Shown one piece after another: positions 46,692 through 55,478 of a stretch of DNA of 64,000 bases (position 1 is its first letter; the number at the start of each line of letters is the position of its first letter). Source of the DNA: Alphaproteobacteria bacterium (lineage in GTDB: Bacteria > Pseudomonadota > Alphaproteobacteria > JAPYRI01). The position numbers and the translations under genes are program-made. Location: the NCBI GenBank assembly GCA_029941135.1, contig JAPYRI010000004.1:3116-67115 (forward strand), given 5' to 3'. The notes under the pieces were generated by a model, which did no database searches, was not told where the DNA came from, and saw nothing but the letters and a program-made list of their open reading frames with translations.

Positions 46692-47105
46692 TTATCTTAT
46701 TCAGACCTCGCCGGCAACCCGCCTGAGAGCTTGGTCTTGACTGGTGGCTTAATCGTTGCAACGTAAGGTGAGGTGCTGGATGACAGGGCGTAGTATTGTT
46801 ATTGTACCTGTCCCTTCAGTACTGCCCAAAAATCCGAGGTGGAAAACAGGTGTCCGTACCCTATACATTTAAGCCGTAATCACCTGGTTTGAATACGACC
46901 AGTTCGAGAGAAACGCAGGACACCGACCGTCTGAAGTATTTTCCAGAAAAACGCTGATTTTATGCTTGTTTCCACAAGGATACGTATTGGCTCGGTGTTT
47001 CCACATATTAGAAACGCGATACATAAATTTATTAAGGCTATTGTGGACAAATTGGGGCAGAATTAGAGCCTTTAATTGCTTCTGTGCGCGCGGGAGGTAT
47101 CTACT

Positions 47106-47276
47106 ATGCCAAATTCTACCAGTGTTTGCGATATCAACTGGAACGCAATTGTTAACAGCTTGCGAGAGTCTGTCGTTGTCATCGACGTCGACGGCTGCAT
47201 CCGACCGGGCTTGGTGAAGGAGTTTGAGAAAACCGGCATTACGTTTACCGCCAGTAAAAGACGGTTGACGGAGTGA
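47106..47276 (+). CDS. Small hypothetical protein (56 aa) with strong ribosome-binding site
   Basis: GGGAGG lies 9 nt upstream of the ATG at 47106. The product is MPNSTSVCDINWNAIVNSLRESVVVIDVDGCIRPGLVKEFEKTGITFTASKRRLTE. No family recognised. Confidence 0.3.
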   Translation: MPNSTSVCDINWNAIVNSLRESVVVIDVDGCIRPGLVKEFEKTGITFTASKRRLTE

Positions 47277-47342
47277 TGTAGCCAGTCGGCTGATCGTGCT
47301 AGAGTTTGCCGGCAACGGATAGGCTCGGGGGAGGCGATACAC

Positions 47343-48743
47343 ATGACACCACGCAATTTACATTACTTGGACGCGGTAGAAGTAGGCCGCCGCATGCACG
47401 CAAAAGAAATTTCGCCGGTGGAAGTCACCAAGGCGATTTTAGCGCGCATCAAGAAAGCCGATAAAAAACTTGGGGCCTATGCGCGGATGACAGAAAAACT
47501 CGCGCTCCAGCAGGCCCGGAAAGCGGAAGCTGAGATCGCCAACGGGCGCATCCGGGGGCCCCTCCACGGGGTGCCAATCGCAGTAAAGGACCTGTGTTAC
47601 ACCAAAGGTATCGTGACCTCGGCGGGAATGCCCATTCACGGCAAATTCAAACCCAAACATGATGCAACTGTGGTCAAACGGTTTGCCCAAGCTGGCGCCG
47701 TTCTACTCGGTAAGTTGCAGTTGACTGAAGGCGCGTTTGCCAACCACCACCCGGAAATTTCACCGCCAGTAAATCCCTGGAACCCGGACCACTGGTCAGG
47801 CGCATCGTCCAGCGGATCCGGCGTCGCCACGGCCGCCGGGCTTTGTTATGGCTCACTCGGCAGCGACACCGGCGGCTCCATAAGGTTCCCGTCGGCCGCT
47901 AATGGTCTCACGGGATTGAAACCTACGTGGGGGCGGGTATCCCGCTTTGGAGTTTTTGATCTCGGGCCCAGTCTTGATCATGTGGGCCCGATGGCCCGTA
48001 GTACCCAAGACGTCGCCGCCATTTTGGGCGTGATTGCGGGGGCGGATAAAAACGATCCGACAGCCGTGCAAGACCGGGTGCCCAACTATCTGGCGGGAAT
48101 TGATCGCGGGATTGACGGTTTGCGGATCGGGATCGACCGCACGTACAACAGCAAGGGTGTCGATGCCGTCACGCAAAAAACAGTGAAAGACGCGGCTAAA
48201 GTGCTGAAAGAATTGGGGGCCGAACTACGGCCGGTTTCGTTTCCGCCGTGTGATCAAATTGTCTCTGAATGGGGTGCCCACTGTGCGGTCGAAACCGCTG
48301 TCGCCCACGCGGCGACCTACCCCAAACTGAAATCAAAGTACGGTCCGGGACTCGCCGCCTTTATTGATGCGGCCGAGGGAATATCAGCGACTGAATATCA
48401 ACGATTGGTCATGAACCGCAAGGAATTTAACGGTCAGGTTGCGGCCCTGTTTGAAGATATCGACATGCTGCTGATCCCCGTCCAGAACCTCGCGTCACCG
48501 ACCAATAAGCAGATGGCGACCTTGGGTGAAGACCCGGCTGCCCTCGATATGTTGGTGAGGTTCACCGCGCCGTTCGATTATACCGGCAGCCCGACCATCA
48601 CTTTGCCTTCCGGATTTACCAAAGCCGGGACACCGGTTGCCTTCCAACTGGTCGGCCGCCACATGGAGGAAGACATGCTGCTGCGCGCGGGCCATGCCTA
48701 TCAGCAGGCCACCGATTTTCACAAGGCGCACCCGAAAGTTTAG
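47343..48743 (+). CDS. Amidase-signature family amidase
   Basis: The AS signature ...[33 protein letters not shown]... is present, with a conserved Lys and the Ser-cisSer-Lys catalytic triad context. Confidence 0.85.
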   Translation: [466 protein letters not shown]

Positions 48744-48747
48744 CCCC

Positions 48748-49773
48748 CTAATCCCCTAGTCGATAAAAGCGCGAAGCCGAGCCGCAAAACAAGTCGGCTT
48801 TTTCGGATGCGGAGCAATCGGCCGCCATGCGTTTAAACGCGTTCCACAGCAGGTGATAACTGCACGTCACTTTATCGACCGGAAAATTGCTTTCGAACAT
48901 GCAACGGTCCGGCCCGAAATGCTCGATGCAGTGGTGGTAATAGCGCCCGGTGGTGGCTGCGAGTTCCTCGGACGAGGGCGGTTTGTCCTGCTTGTGCCAA
49001 TCAAAACCGTTCACCTTCATGTTAATGCCGCCGAGCTTAGCCATCACATTGGCGCACGTAGCAAGCTCCGCGATATCGGTTTTCCATTTGTCGAATATCT
49101 CCTCGCGTTTGCCTTTGTAGGGCCCAATACCCAGCGGCCCGCCGAAATGATCGAGCACAATCGGGGTTTCTGGAAAGGCGCGCGCGAGGTCGGTCAACTC
49201 CGAAATTTGCGGATGATACAGCCACGCATCGAAACTGAGGCCCAGGGGCGCAAGGCGTGCGAAACCTTTGCGGAAAGTAGAGTCGAGGTAAAGGCTAGCC
49301 GGAGGGTTGGTGTGGGAGTTGCTCACATTCGGGTCTAAATCCCACCCTGCGGCGTGGCGGATACCGCGAAACCGTCCGTTGCCGGCAGCGATGTGCGCTT
49401 CCAAAACTTCTGCTGCGCCATCGCCCACTGATAGATCGGCGTAGCCCACAATGCCCGCACAAATACGACTCGACCCGTACGTGCCAGATGCGGCCATGGC
49501 GGCGATGCCGTTCACAAACTCGGTTTCCCCAACCGGTTTCATTTCATCTGGTCCGTCCGCGCGATACATGGAACTGCACTCCACAAATACAGTCGACACC
49601 ACATTGTGGCCACTGCCGGTATCGGTCAGCAACTCATCCAGTAAGTAACGGTGGTCCTTGTAGGCCGCCAGATTGGGATGATCCCACAAGTGATGATGGG
49701 GATCATATATGGGGAGGCCGGGCTCGAGGGTTTCTTCGGTGGTAAGGTCGAGCCATTCGTCTTCGGCGGTCAT
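48748..49773 (-). CDS. Amidohydrolase-2 (TIM-barrel metal-dependent hydrolase) family protein
   Basis: ...IYDPHHHLWDH... is an HxH metal site. It has an ACMSD-like amidohydrolase_2 fold of about 340 aa. Confidence 0.7.
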   Translation of the reverse strand: MTAEDEWLDLTTEETLEPGLPIYDPHHHLWDHPNLAAYKDHRYLLDELLTDTGSGHNVVSTVFVECSSMYRADGPDEMKPVGETEFVNGIAAMAASGTYGSSRICAGIVGYADLSVGDGAAEVLEAHIAAGNGRFRGIRHAAGWDLDPNVSNSHTNPPASLYLDSTFRKGFARLAPLGLSFDAWLYHPQISELTDLARAFPETPIVLDHFGGPLGIGPYKGKREEIFDKWKTDIAELATCANVMAKLGGINMKVNGFDWHKQDKPPSSEELAATTGRYYHHCIEHFGPDRCMFESNFPVDKVTCSYHLLWNAFKRMAADCSASEKADLFCGSASRFYRLGD

Positions 49774-49799
49774 CTGGCGATACTCCCGTTTTGCTGGGG

Positions 49800-50396
49800 C
49801 TACTGTGCCCCATTCGGTGCTTTAGGTCTTGTTCTAAGATCGCGAAGAACATTTTGAAAGGCCGAGACTGGAACGGACACCGGCATTACGCGGCCTTCAT
49901 CCGAGACCATGCTGCCGCTGTGAACAGCGATCAGGGTCGCGGCGCCGTCCTTCAACAACAGGATGGGGGCGCCAGAATCTCCCTTCATGGTGGCACAGGC
50001 TTGAACGAGTAGTTTACTGGCGGCGATGTAGGTGGGCTTGCCGCAGTTGAAGTCGACCGCAAGGGCATGCGGCCGCACGGCCAGGTAGCCCGCGACCACA
50101 ACCTGCGCCTTCCCCTTCAAGTCCTGTTTTACCGCGGTTTGGTCAGTAGCAGCCCAGTTTATAAATCCGGCGATCTTGTCGATGGGTTCATCCAGTTCAA
50201 TCACCGTCCAATCCATCTCCGGCCGAAACTCAAAATCTCCGCCGCGAGTGTCATGGGAGGGGGACACATGGTATTGGACGGCCCTCGCGTGGGCCGCGAA
50301 TCCGTGCGTCCGTGCCCCGGCGACGAAATGTATTTCGCTGGGAGTGACCCATCGCTTGCGGGATCGCACAAACAGACAATGCGCGGCCATCACCAC
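49800..50396 (-). CDS. Trypsin-like serine peptidase lacking an N-terminal region (possible 5'-truncated gene)
   Basis: The catalytic His context ...VVMAAHC and the catalytic Ser GDSGAP are present. The frame is closed by a TGA only 16 codons upstream of AAHC, so there is no room for a signal peptide or pro-region, and only a GTG start is available. Confidence 0.5.
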   Translation of the reverse strand: MVMAAHCLFVRSRKRWVTPSEIHFVAGARTHGFAAHARAVQYHVSPSHDTRGGDFEFRPEMDWTVIELDEPIDKIAGFINWAATDQTAVKQDLKGKAQVVVAGYLAVRPHALAVDFNCGKPTYIAASKLLVQACATMKGDSGAPILLLKDGAATLIAVHSGSMVSDEGRVMPVSVPVSAFQNVLRDLRTRPKAPNGAQ

Positions 50397-50487
50397 ATGG
50401 CGGTCGCTGACGAGATCTTGTACTTCTAACCCGGAAAGGAGCTGTCACATGGAGTATCAAATGAGCGCTTGGGTCGCCAGCGATGGG

Positions 50488-50904
50488 CTAGTCGTCGCGG
50501 TAGCTTTTCTCGCGTCGCTCGTGCTGTTCTTGCGCCTCGATACTTAGGGTCGCAATCGGCCGAGCATCCAAACGGTTCAGACTAATGGGCTCGCCGGTTT
50601 CTTCGCAGAAACCGTAGGTCCCTTCCTCTAAACGCCGCAAGGCTTCTTCAATTTTAGCTACCAGTTTGCGCTGCCGATCCCGGGTTCGCAGTTCCAAAGA
50701 CCGTTCGGTTTCCGCTGAAGCTCGATCTGCAATATCAGGCTCCTGCAGGCTTTCTTCCTGGAGGTGCAACAGCGTCTCCTGGGCCTCCAATAGAATATCT
50801 TCCTTCCACTTGTTCAGTTTCCGTCGGAAATACTCAGATTGCCGGGCGCTCATGAACTTCTCTTTTTCAGTGGGGTGGTAGTTCCGGGGAAGCGAAACGC
50901 CCAT
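50488..50904 (-). CDS. dksA: DksA-family RNA polymerase-binding transcription factor (Cys-poor, zinc-independent type)
   Basis: The coiled-coil region ...DIADRASAETERSLELRTRDRQRKLVAKIEEALRRLEEGTYGFCEETGEPISLNRLDARPIATLSIEA aligns with DksA. Only one of the four Zn-finger Cys is retained. Confidence 0.8.
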   Translation of the reverse strand: MGVSLPRNYHPTEKEKFMSARQSEYFRRKLNKWKEDILLEAQETLLHLQEESLQEPDIADRASAETERSLELRTRDRQRKLVAKIEEALRRLEEGTYGFCEETGEPISLNRLDARPIATLSIEAQEQHERREKSYRDD

Positions 50905-51311
50905 TCGTAACTCCTTAAGCGATTAAGTGACTAAACTATATTTGGCGGCGAAATCGCGCGGAGTATATGAATCGTTTGGCCCGGCATCAAGAGGGACTAC
51001 CGCTGCATTGCACAATAATTAATTCAACCCAATTTTAAGCCATATTTTCTGACGCTTACGGGAAAAACTCAATTTTTCAAGTTCGACTTCAACGAGCAAT
51101 TCGATGTCGTCGAGAATTTGTTTCAGCTTTGGACCTGAATTTGTTGTCCGGTTTTGTGTCACAAGTGCTCTTAATCGATTAAGATGCACGATGGGAATTC
51201 CCCCAATGAGCAATTCGCTCTGCAGGGCCTGAATCATATCCAGCATCTCTTCGCCCGTCCGATAACTTTTCGGTGGATGTTTTGCTCGGAGGGTGACGTG
51301 GCACGGCCGCC

Positions 51312-51750
51312 ATGCGGATAAAAGGACGGCCCTACACCACCATTGAACGTACACTGGTGGAGCGGATGATCTCGGTGATTTTACAAGACTTGATCAATGC
51401 CTTTGAGCTCTTGTGCCAGGTAAATTTTGTGTTTGATCGCCTGGAAACCAATCCGCAGTTTTGGGCACGAAAAACTGGGCAAAACACCATTTCAGCCCCG
51501 GGCCTCTATATGGTGGAAGTGAGGGGACTAGTATGGACAACATTACATTAAGTGAACGCTTGGAGGCCCTTGGTGCTGAGCGTGGCGTTTCGGTTATGAC
51601 CGCCAAATAGTCGCGTTTGGCATGGTGGATAGTCGCTTCGACGATATTGAGATTGATTTGGGTCGGGTGGTGCGTATGAATCTCGCGCGCCGGGTTGACG
51701 TTGTTGTCCGAAACCGTATAGATGCGGAGTTGGGTGAGTACGGGAGTCGG
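51312..51750 (+). pseudogene. fliM: fliM remnant (middle CheC-like domain intact, N-terminus missing, C-terminal SpoA part frameshifted)
   Basis: ...YTTIERTLVERMISVILQDLINAFELLCQVNFVFDRLETNPQFWARK... matches the FliM hallmark (ERRLVERV...LEDL...IETNPQF). An in-frame TGA lies 6 codons upstream of the first M. SpoA-like residues (IEIDLGRVVRMNLARRVDVVV) continue downstream in another frame. Confidence 0.55.
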
Positions 51751-51867
51751 TAAATGAGAACCGGTTCGCGAGTAGTATCGCGCAAGTCGGCGATAAGGTG
51801 GCATAATAGCCTTCATCACGTCGCAATTTCGCGACCGTGCACCAAGGCATCCAAGCCCGTGCAATAC

Positions 51868-53367
51868 ATGACTAGATTTTTATTTGCATTATTAATGGGC
51901 TGCACATTGATTCAGTCCGCGCATGCGGCGGACCGCGTTAAAGTTCGTGCGGGTAGTCACCGTGACTTTGGCCGTCTTGTGTTCGAATGGTCGCAACCAT
52001 CTGGATTTGAAGCCCGGATTTCTAACGATGTTTTGACCGTGCAGTTCGATCGTTCCTTCGACGCAAGTTTTGAGGGCGCCGTCGCAACATTGGTCGACTA
52101 CATATCGGAAGTTCAACACAACCAAAGCGGGACGACTGTTCGTTTTATGCTGAAGGGGCAGTACACATTACGCTCCAGCCATTATGACACTTCCGTCGTA
52201 CTTGATCTTTTAGACAACGACATCACGCTCTCAAAGGATTCCGCACGGGGACCAGGGGTGCGTATTGGAGAACACGGCGAGTTTACGCGGACGGTTTTTG
52301 ATTGGTGGCGCAACATTCGATATGAAGCCACCCGGAAAAATGATCAAGTTGAAGTATCGTTCGGAAGCTCGGGAAACCCGGACTTATCCCAATTTCAGCG
52401 CGATCCTCCCCGATATATCGAAAGCGCTCGTAAGCGCACCTCCGACGATGGTTTGGTTGTCATTTTCCAAGTGCCTCCTGGTACGGGTCTGAGGCATTTT
52501 CGGGACGGCAATAAGATTGTTGTCGATGTGCTTAAAGGCACAGCGTCAGCAACAACGGCAAATAGAAGCGTTCCAGCCGGCGGACAAAAGCCGTCAAAAG
52601 CCAGCAAAGTTGAACGGATCAACACAGAGGTTCTGTCGTCACCGAAGAAAGTAATGACGCAATCTGCGCCAGAGAATTTACTGCCATCCACGGCCTATAA
52701 TTTGCCTATCGGCGTTTCGACATTGCCGAAGGGGGTAAGGATGGTATTCCCCTGGAATAATCCCACTGCGGCGGCAATATTTCTGAGGGCGGATTACTTG
52801 TGGGCTGTTTTCGACCACGCCGCACGTGCCGATTTCTCGAATTTGACCGCCGCTTTTAGTAACAATGTGATCACCGCGGAGCAGCTCGCCAATCGCCACG
52901 CGACAATTCTTCGCTTCAAAGTTCCTGAAGACAGATACCTTTCAGCCGTACGCGACGAATTGGACTGGATTGTGGATGTCACTGAAACGCCAACCCCACC
53001 GGACCACCCACTGACGGTTGAACGGGAGATCGACGTGCACGGCGGCGCACGAATATTTGTTCCGGCGCTGGATACTGGCAATAGGTGGGATCTGCGCGAC
53101 CCTGAGGTCGGAGATATATTGGCGATTGTGCCGATTAAATCTCCCGGACACGGCATGGCGCAGGAACGATTGTTCGCGGAATTCCATTTGCTGCCTTCGG
53201 CTCAAGGGATTGTGGTTCAACCATTGTCCGAGGGGGTTGATGTTGAACCCCGCCGCAATGGTGTACGGATCATTGGAGAAAATGGCCTAATATTGTCGAC
53301 AGGACACTTGCTTGAAAGGCATGGATGCAGTCGCCCAAAGAATTCGCGAAGTTGCAAAAGAAAATGA
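51868..53367 (+). CDS. Secreted hypothetical protein with two AMIN-like beta-sandwich repeats at the N-terminus
   Basis: There is a signal peptide MTRFLFALLMGCTLIQSAHA, then repeats (...RVKVRAGSHRDFGRLVFEWSQP... and ...GEFTRTVFDWWRN...VVIFQVPPG...). It is a long intact ORF, open from 51754, inside an otherwise decayed flagellar region. Confidence 0.45.
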   Translation: MTRFLFALLMGCTLIQSAHAADRVKVRAGSHRDFGRLVFEWSQPSGFEARISNDVLTVQFDRSFDASFEGAVATLVDYISEVQHNQSGTTVRFMLKGQYTLRSSHYDTSVVLDLLDNDITLSKDSARGPGVRIGEHGEFTRTVFDWWRNIRYEATRKNDQVEVSFGSSGNPDLSQFQRDPPRYIESARKRTSDDGLVVIFQVPPGTGLRHFRDGNKIVVDVLKGTASATTANRSVPAGGQKPSKASKVERINTEVLSSPKKVMTQSAPENLLPSTAYNLPIGVSTLPKGVRMVFPWNNPTAAAIFLRADYLWAVFDHAARADFSNLTAAFSNNVITAEQLANRHATILRFKVPEDRYLSAVRDELDWIVDVTETPTPPDHPLTVEREIDVHGGARIFVPALDTGNRWDLRDPEVGDILAIVPIKSPGHGMAQERLFAEFHLLPSAQGIVVQPLSEGVDVEPRRNGVRIIGENGLILSTGHLLERHGCSRPKNSRSCKRK

Positions 53368-53423
53368 TATTCCTCTCGTGCAAAACCCGCCAGTGGCGGG
53401 CACGCCACGCTGAAATATTCCGG
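53331..53423 (+). pseudogene. Fragment of an FlhB C-terminal-domain (type III export switch) gene
   Basis: MDAVAQRIREVAKENDIPLVQNPPVAGTPR* resembles the FlhB/YscU C-terminal ...IAxKIRElAxEhxIPivEnpPLARaLy segment. It is only 31 codons, with a stop where LARALY is expected. Confidence 0.45.
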
Positions 53424-53439
53424 CAGATACGGCGCTTAT

Positions 53440-54007
53440 GTCGATAATGCGCCCATGGGAATCGCACTCGTGCGCACCGACGGTATCATTATTGAAGCCA
53501 ACCAACTGTTTCGCAACATTATAGGATTAGCAAAAACCAGTGGGTCCGGTAACGACGAAAACGCGGCAAGTTTCCTTGGACGCGTAGCTGAGAGTAGTAA
53601 GGAGCGCGTTATCGGCAAGCTGGAGTCTGCAAGAGAAGGAAAGCAGATTTCAGGCCCACCGGTGGAAATTCACTTTATCGGCGACCAAGCACGGTCGACG
53701 CAGTTCGGTATCAGTCCGATTGATGAGCATCTAACTCCTGAACCCGCCGTGATTGTTTATCTGACCGAGACGACGGGTCGGAAAAAATCTTGAGCAGCAA
53801 TTTGCTCAATCGCAAAAAATGCAGGCGGTGGGACAGTTGGCCGGTGGCATCGCCCGCGAACATCGGGAGGGTCTAAAATGCATCCTTATTTCCGATTATA
53901 CGGAGGATGAATTGCGGCAACAGATGGCCGGGGGAGATTTTGTGTTTTTGCCGAAACCAATTAGCCTTAAGCAACTCGCCGGCACCGTCAAAGAGATGAT
54001 CGATTAG
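53440..54007 (+). pseudogene. Remnant of a PAS-domain sensor histidine kinase / hybrid kinase with internal deletion
   Basis: A PAS-like segment ...MGIALVRTDGIIIEANQLFRNIIG... is followed (after a frame change) by the H-box QKMQAVGQLAGGIA. Instead of HDFNN and an ATPase domain, this runs straight into a receiver C-terminus (...GDFVFLPKPISLKQLAGTVKEMID*). Confidence 0.5.
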
Positions 54008-54021
54008 GCTGGACATATCTA

Positions 54022-54036
54022 GAACATAGTTTGAAT
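54022..54036. promoter_or_regulatory. Candidate alphaproteobacterial-type LexA (SOS) box GAACatagtttGAAT upstream of recA
   Basis: The motif is seen in the sequence about 110 bp upstream of the recA ATG. The alphaproteobacterial SOS box is a GAAC-N7-GAAC direct repeat, and this has 1 mismatch. A second weaker GAAC-N7-GTAC lies at 54079-54093. Confidence 0.4.
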
Positions 54037-54146
54037 ATAGGCGTAGTAACAAAGGCTTATGATTTTTCTTGTTAAAAAGAACAAAACATGTACATTTACC
54101 TCCATTGCACTGCTAAACGCCATGTGAAATAACAGAGGTACCGGAC

Positions 54147-55238
54147 ATGTCGGCAAGCTCTTTACGGTTGGTAGAAAAAGACCAAATGGATAAACAAAAA
54201 GCTCTAGAAGCAGCGGTTAGTCAGATCGAGCGTGCCTTTGGTAAAGGTTCGGTCATGAAACTCGGGCAAGAGGGAGCCGTGGTTGAAGAAGACTCCATAT
54301 CCACGGGCTCGCTTGGGCTGGATATTGCGCTCGGCATCGGCGGCTTACCGACCGGCCGTATCATCGAAATTTATGGTCCGGAGAGCTCCGGCAAAACCAC
54401 ACTCGCTCTGCACGTTATCGCCGAAGCCCAACGCGGTGGTGGCATTTGTGCTTTTATCGATGCCGAACACGCCCTTGATCCCGGCTATGCTGCAAAATTA
54501 GGCTTGGATGTCGATGAATTGCTCATTTCCCAACCGGATACCGGCGAGCAAGCGCTGGAAATCGCCGATACCCTGGTGCGTTCGGGCGCCGTTTCTGTAC
54601 TGGTGATCGATAGTGTGGCGGCGTTGACGCCCCGGGCTGAATTGGAAGGCGAAATGGGCGATGTTCATGTGGGTTTACAAGCCCGCTTGATGAGCCAAGC
54701 CTTGCGGAAATTAACCGGCTCAATTGCCAAATCCAAATGCATGCTGATATTCATTAACCAAATACGCATGAAAATCGGCGTCATGTTTGGCAATCCGGAA
54801 ACTACCAGCGGTGGCAACGCACTCAAATTCTATGCATCGGTTCGATTGGATATCCGGCGTATTGGCGCGATCAAAAACGGCGACGAAATCATCGGAAATC
54901 AAACCCGGGTTAAAGTGGTTAAAAACAAAGTGGCTCCGCCGTTTAAGAAAGCGGAATTTGACATCATTTATAACGAAGGCGTGTCAAAGAACGGTGAGCT
55001 TATCGATCTCGGCGTGGATGCGGGCGTGGTGGAGAAATCCGGCTCCTGGTATTCATACGGCAGCGAACGAATTGGCCAGGGCCGGGAAAATGCCAAGGAA
55101 TTTCTGAAGGAAAATCCCGATATAGCTTTTACAATCGAAAGTACCATTCGGGAACAAGCAGGTTTGAGGCCTCTTGAAGCTCCCATCGTCACAACCACAG
55201 TTATTGACAACGAAGAAAGCGGAGAAGCGACGGGGTGA
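54147..55238 (+). CDS. recA: Recombinase RecA
   Basis: ...[20 protein letters not shown]... (Walker A) and ...[39 protein letters not shown]... are present. The protein is 363 aa. Confidence 0.97.
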   Translation: MSASSLRLVEKDQMDKQKALEAAVSQIERAFGKGSVMKLGQEGAVVEEDSISTGSLGLDIALGIGGLPTGRIIEIYGPESSGKTTLALHVIAEAQRGGGICAFIDAEHALDPGYAAKLGLDVDELLISQPDTGEQALEIADTLVRSGAVSVLVIDSVAALTPRAELEGEMGDVHVGLQARLMSQALRKLTGSIAKSKCMLIFINQIRMKIGVMFGNPETTSGGNALKFYASVRLDIRRIGAIKNGDEIIGNQTRVKVVKNKVAPPFKKAEFDIIYNEGVSKNGELIDLGVDAGVVEKSGSWYSYGSERIGQGRENAKEFLKENPDIAFTIESTIREQAGLRPLEAPIVTTTVIDNEESGEATG

Positions 55239-55280
55239 GCTGTTGAGCAGCCCTCTGGCGTGGGGTTTGTAAGGGCCATA

Positions 55281-55315
55281 AAGGGCGTTCTAAAAAGAAC
55301 GCCCTTTTCCTTTAC
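55281..55315 (+). terminator. Rho-independent terminator downstream of recA
   Basis: A perfect 10-bp stem aagggcgttc / gaacgccctt has a 6-nt loop taaaaa, followed by the T-rich tract ttcctttac. Confidence 0.7.
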
Positions 55316-55478
55316 GGATGAATGGGAAAATACCCAGGCTGCTGGACAGTGTCGAGGTGAGAAGGTACAAAAAACCGAACTGGCGTTATGATGGTCATGT
55401 GAAAACTATATAAGTACGCCGTTTCCGAAAACCGACACGACCCATTTGACTTTAAGGAAATTCCGCAGAAACTAGACC

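Noticed and set aside
46869-47342. 157-aa minus-strand ORF in the cytochrome c - amidase intergenic region
   Set aside because: It has low GC, no ribosome-binding site and no recognisable domain. It also overlaps the better-supported small plus-strand ORF.
51019-51354. 111-aa minus-strand ORF with faint FliN/SpoA-like residues (DIELLVEVELEKLSF)
   Set aside because: It overlaps the FliM middle-domain fragment on the plus strand, which has a much stronger signature (IETNPQF). The resemblance is weak and the frame terminates before a complete SpoA domain.
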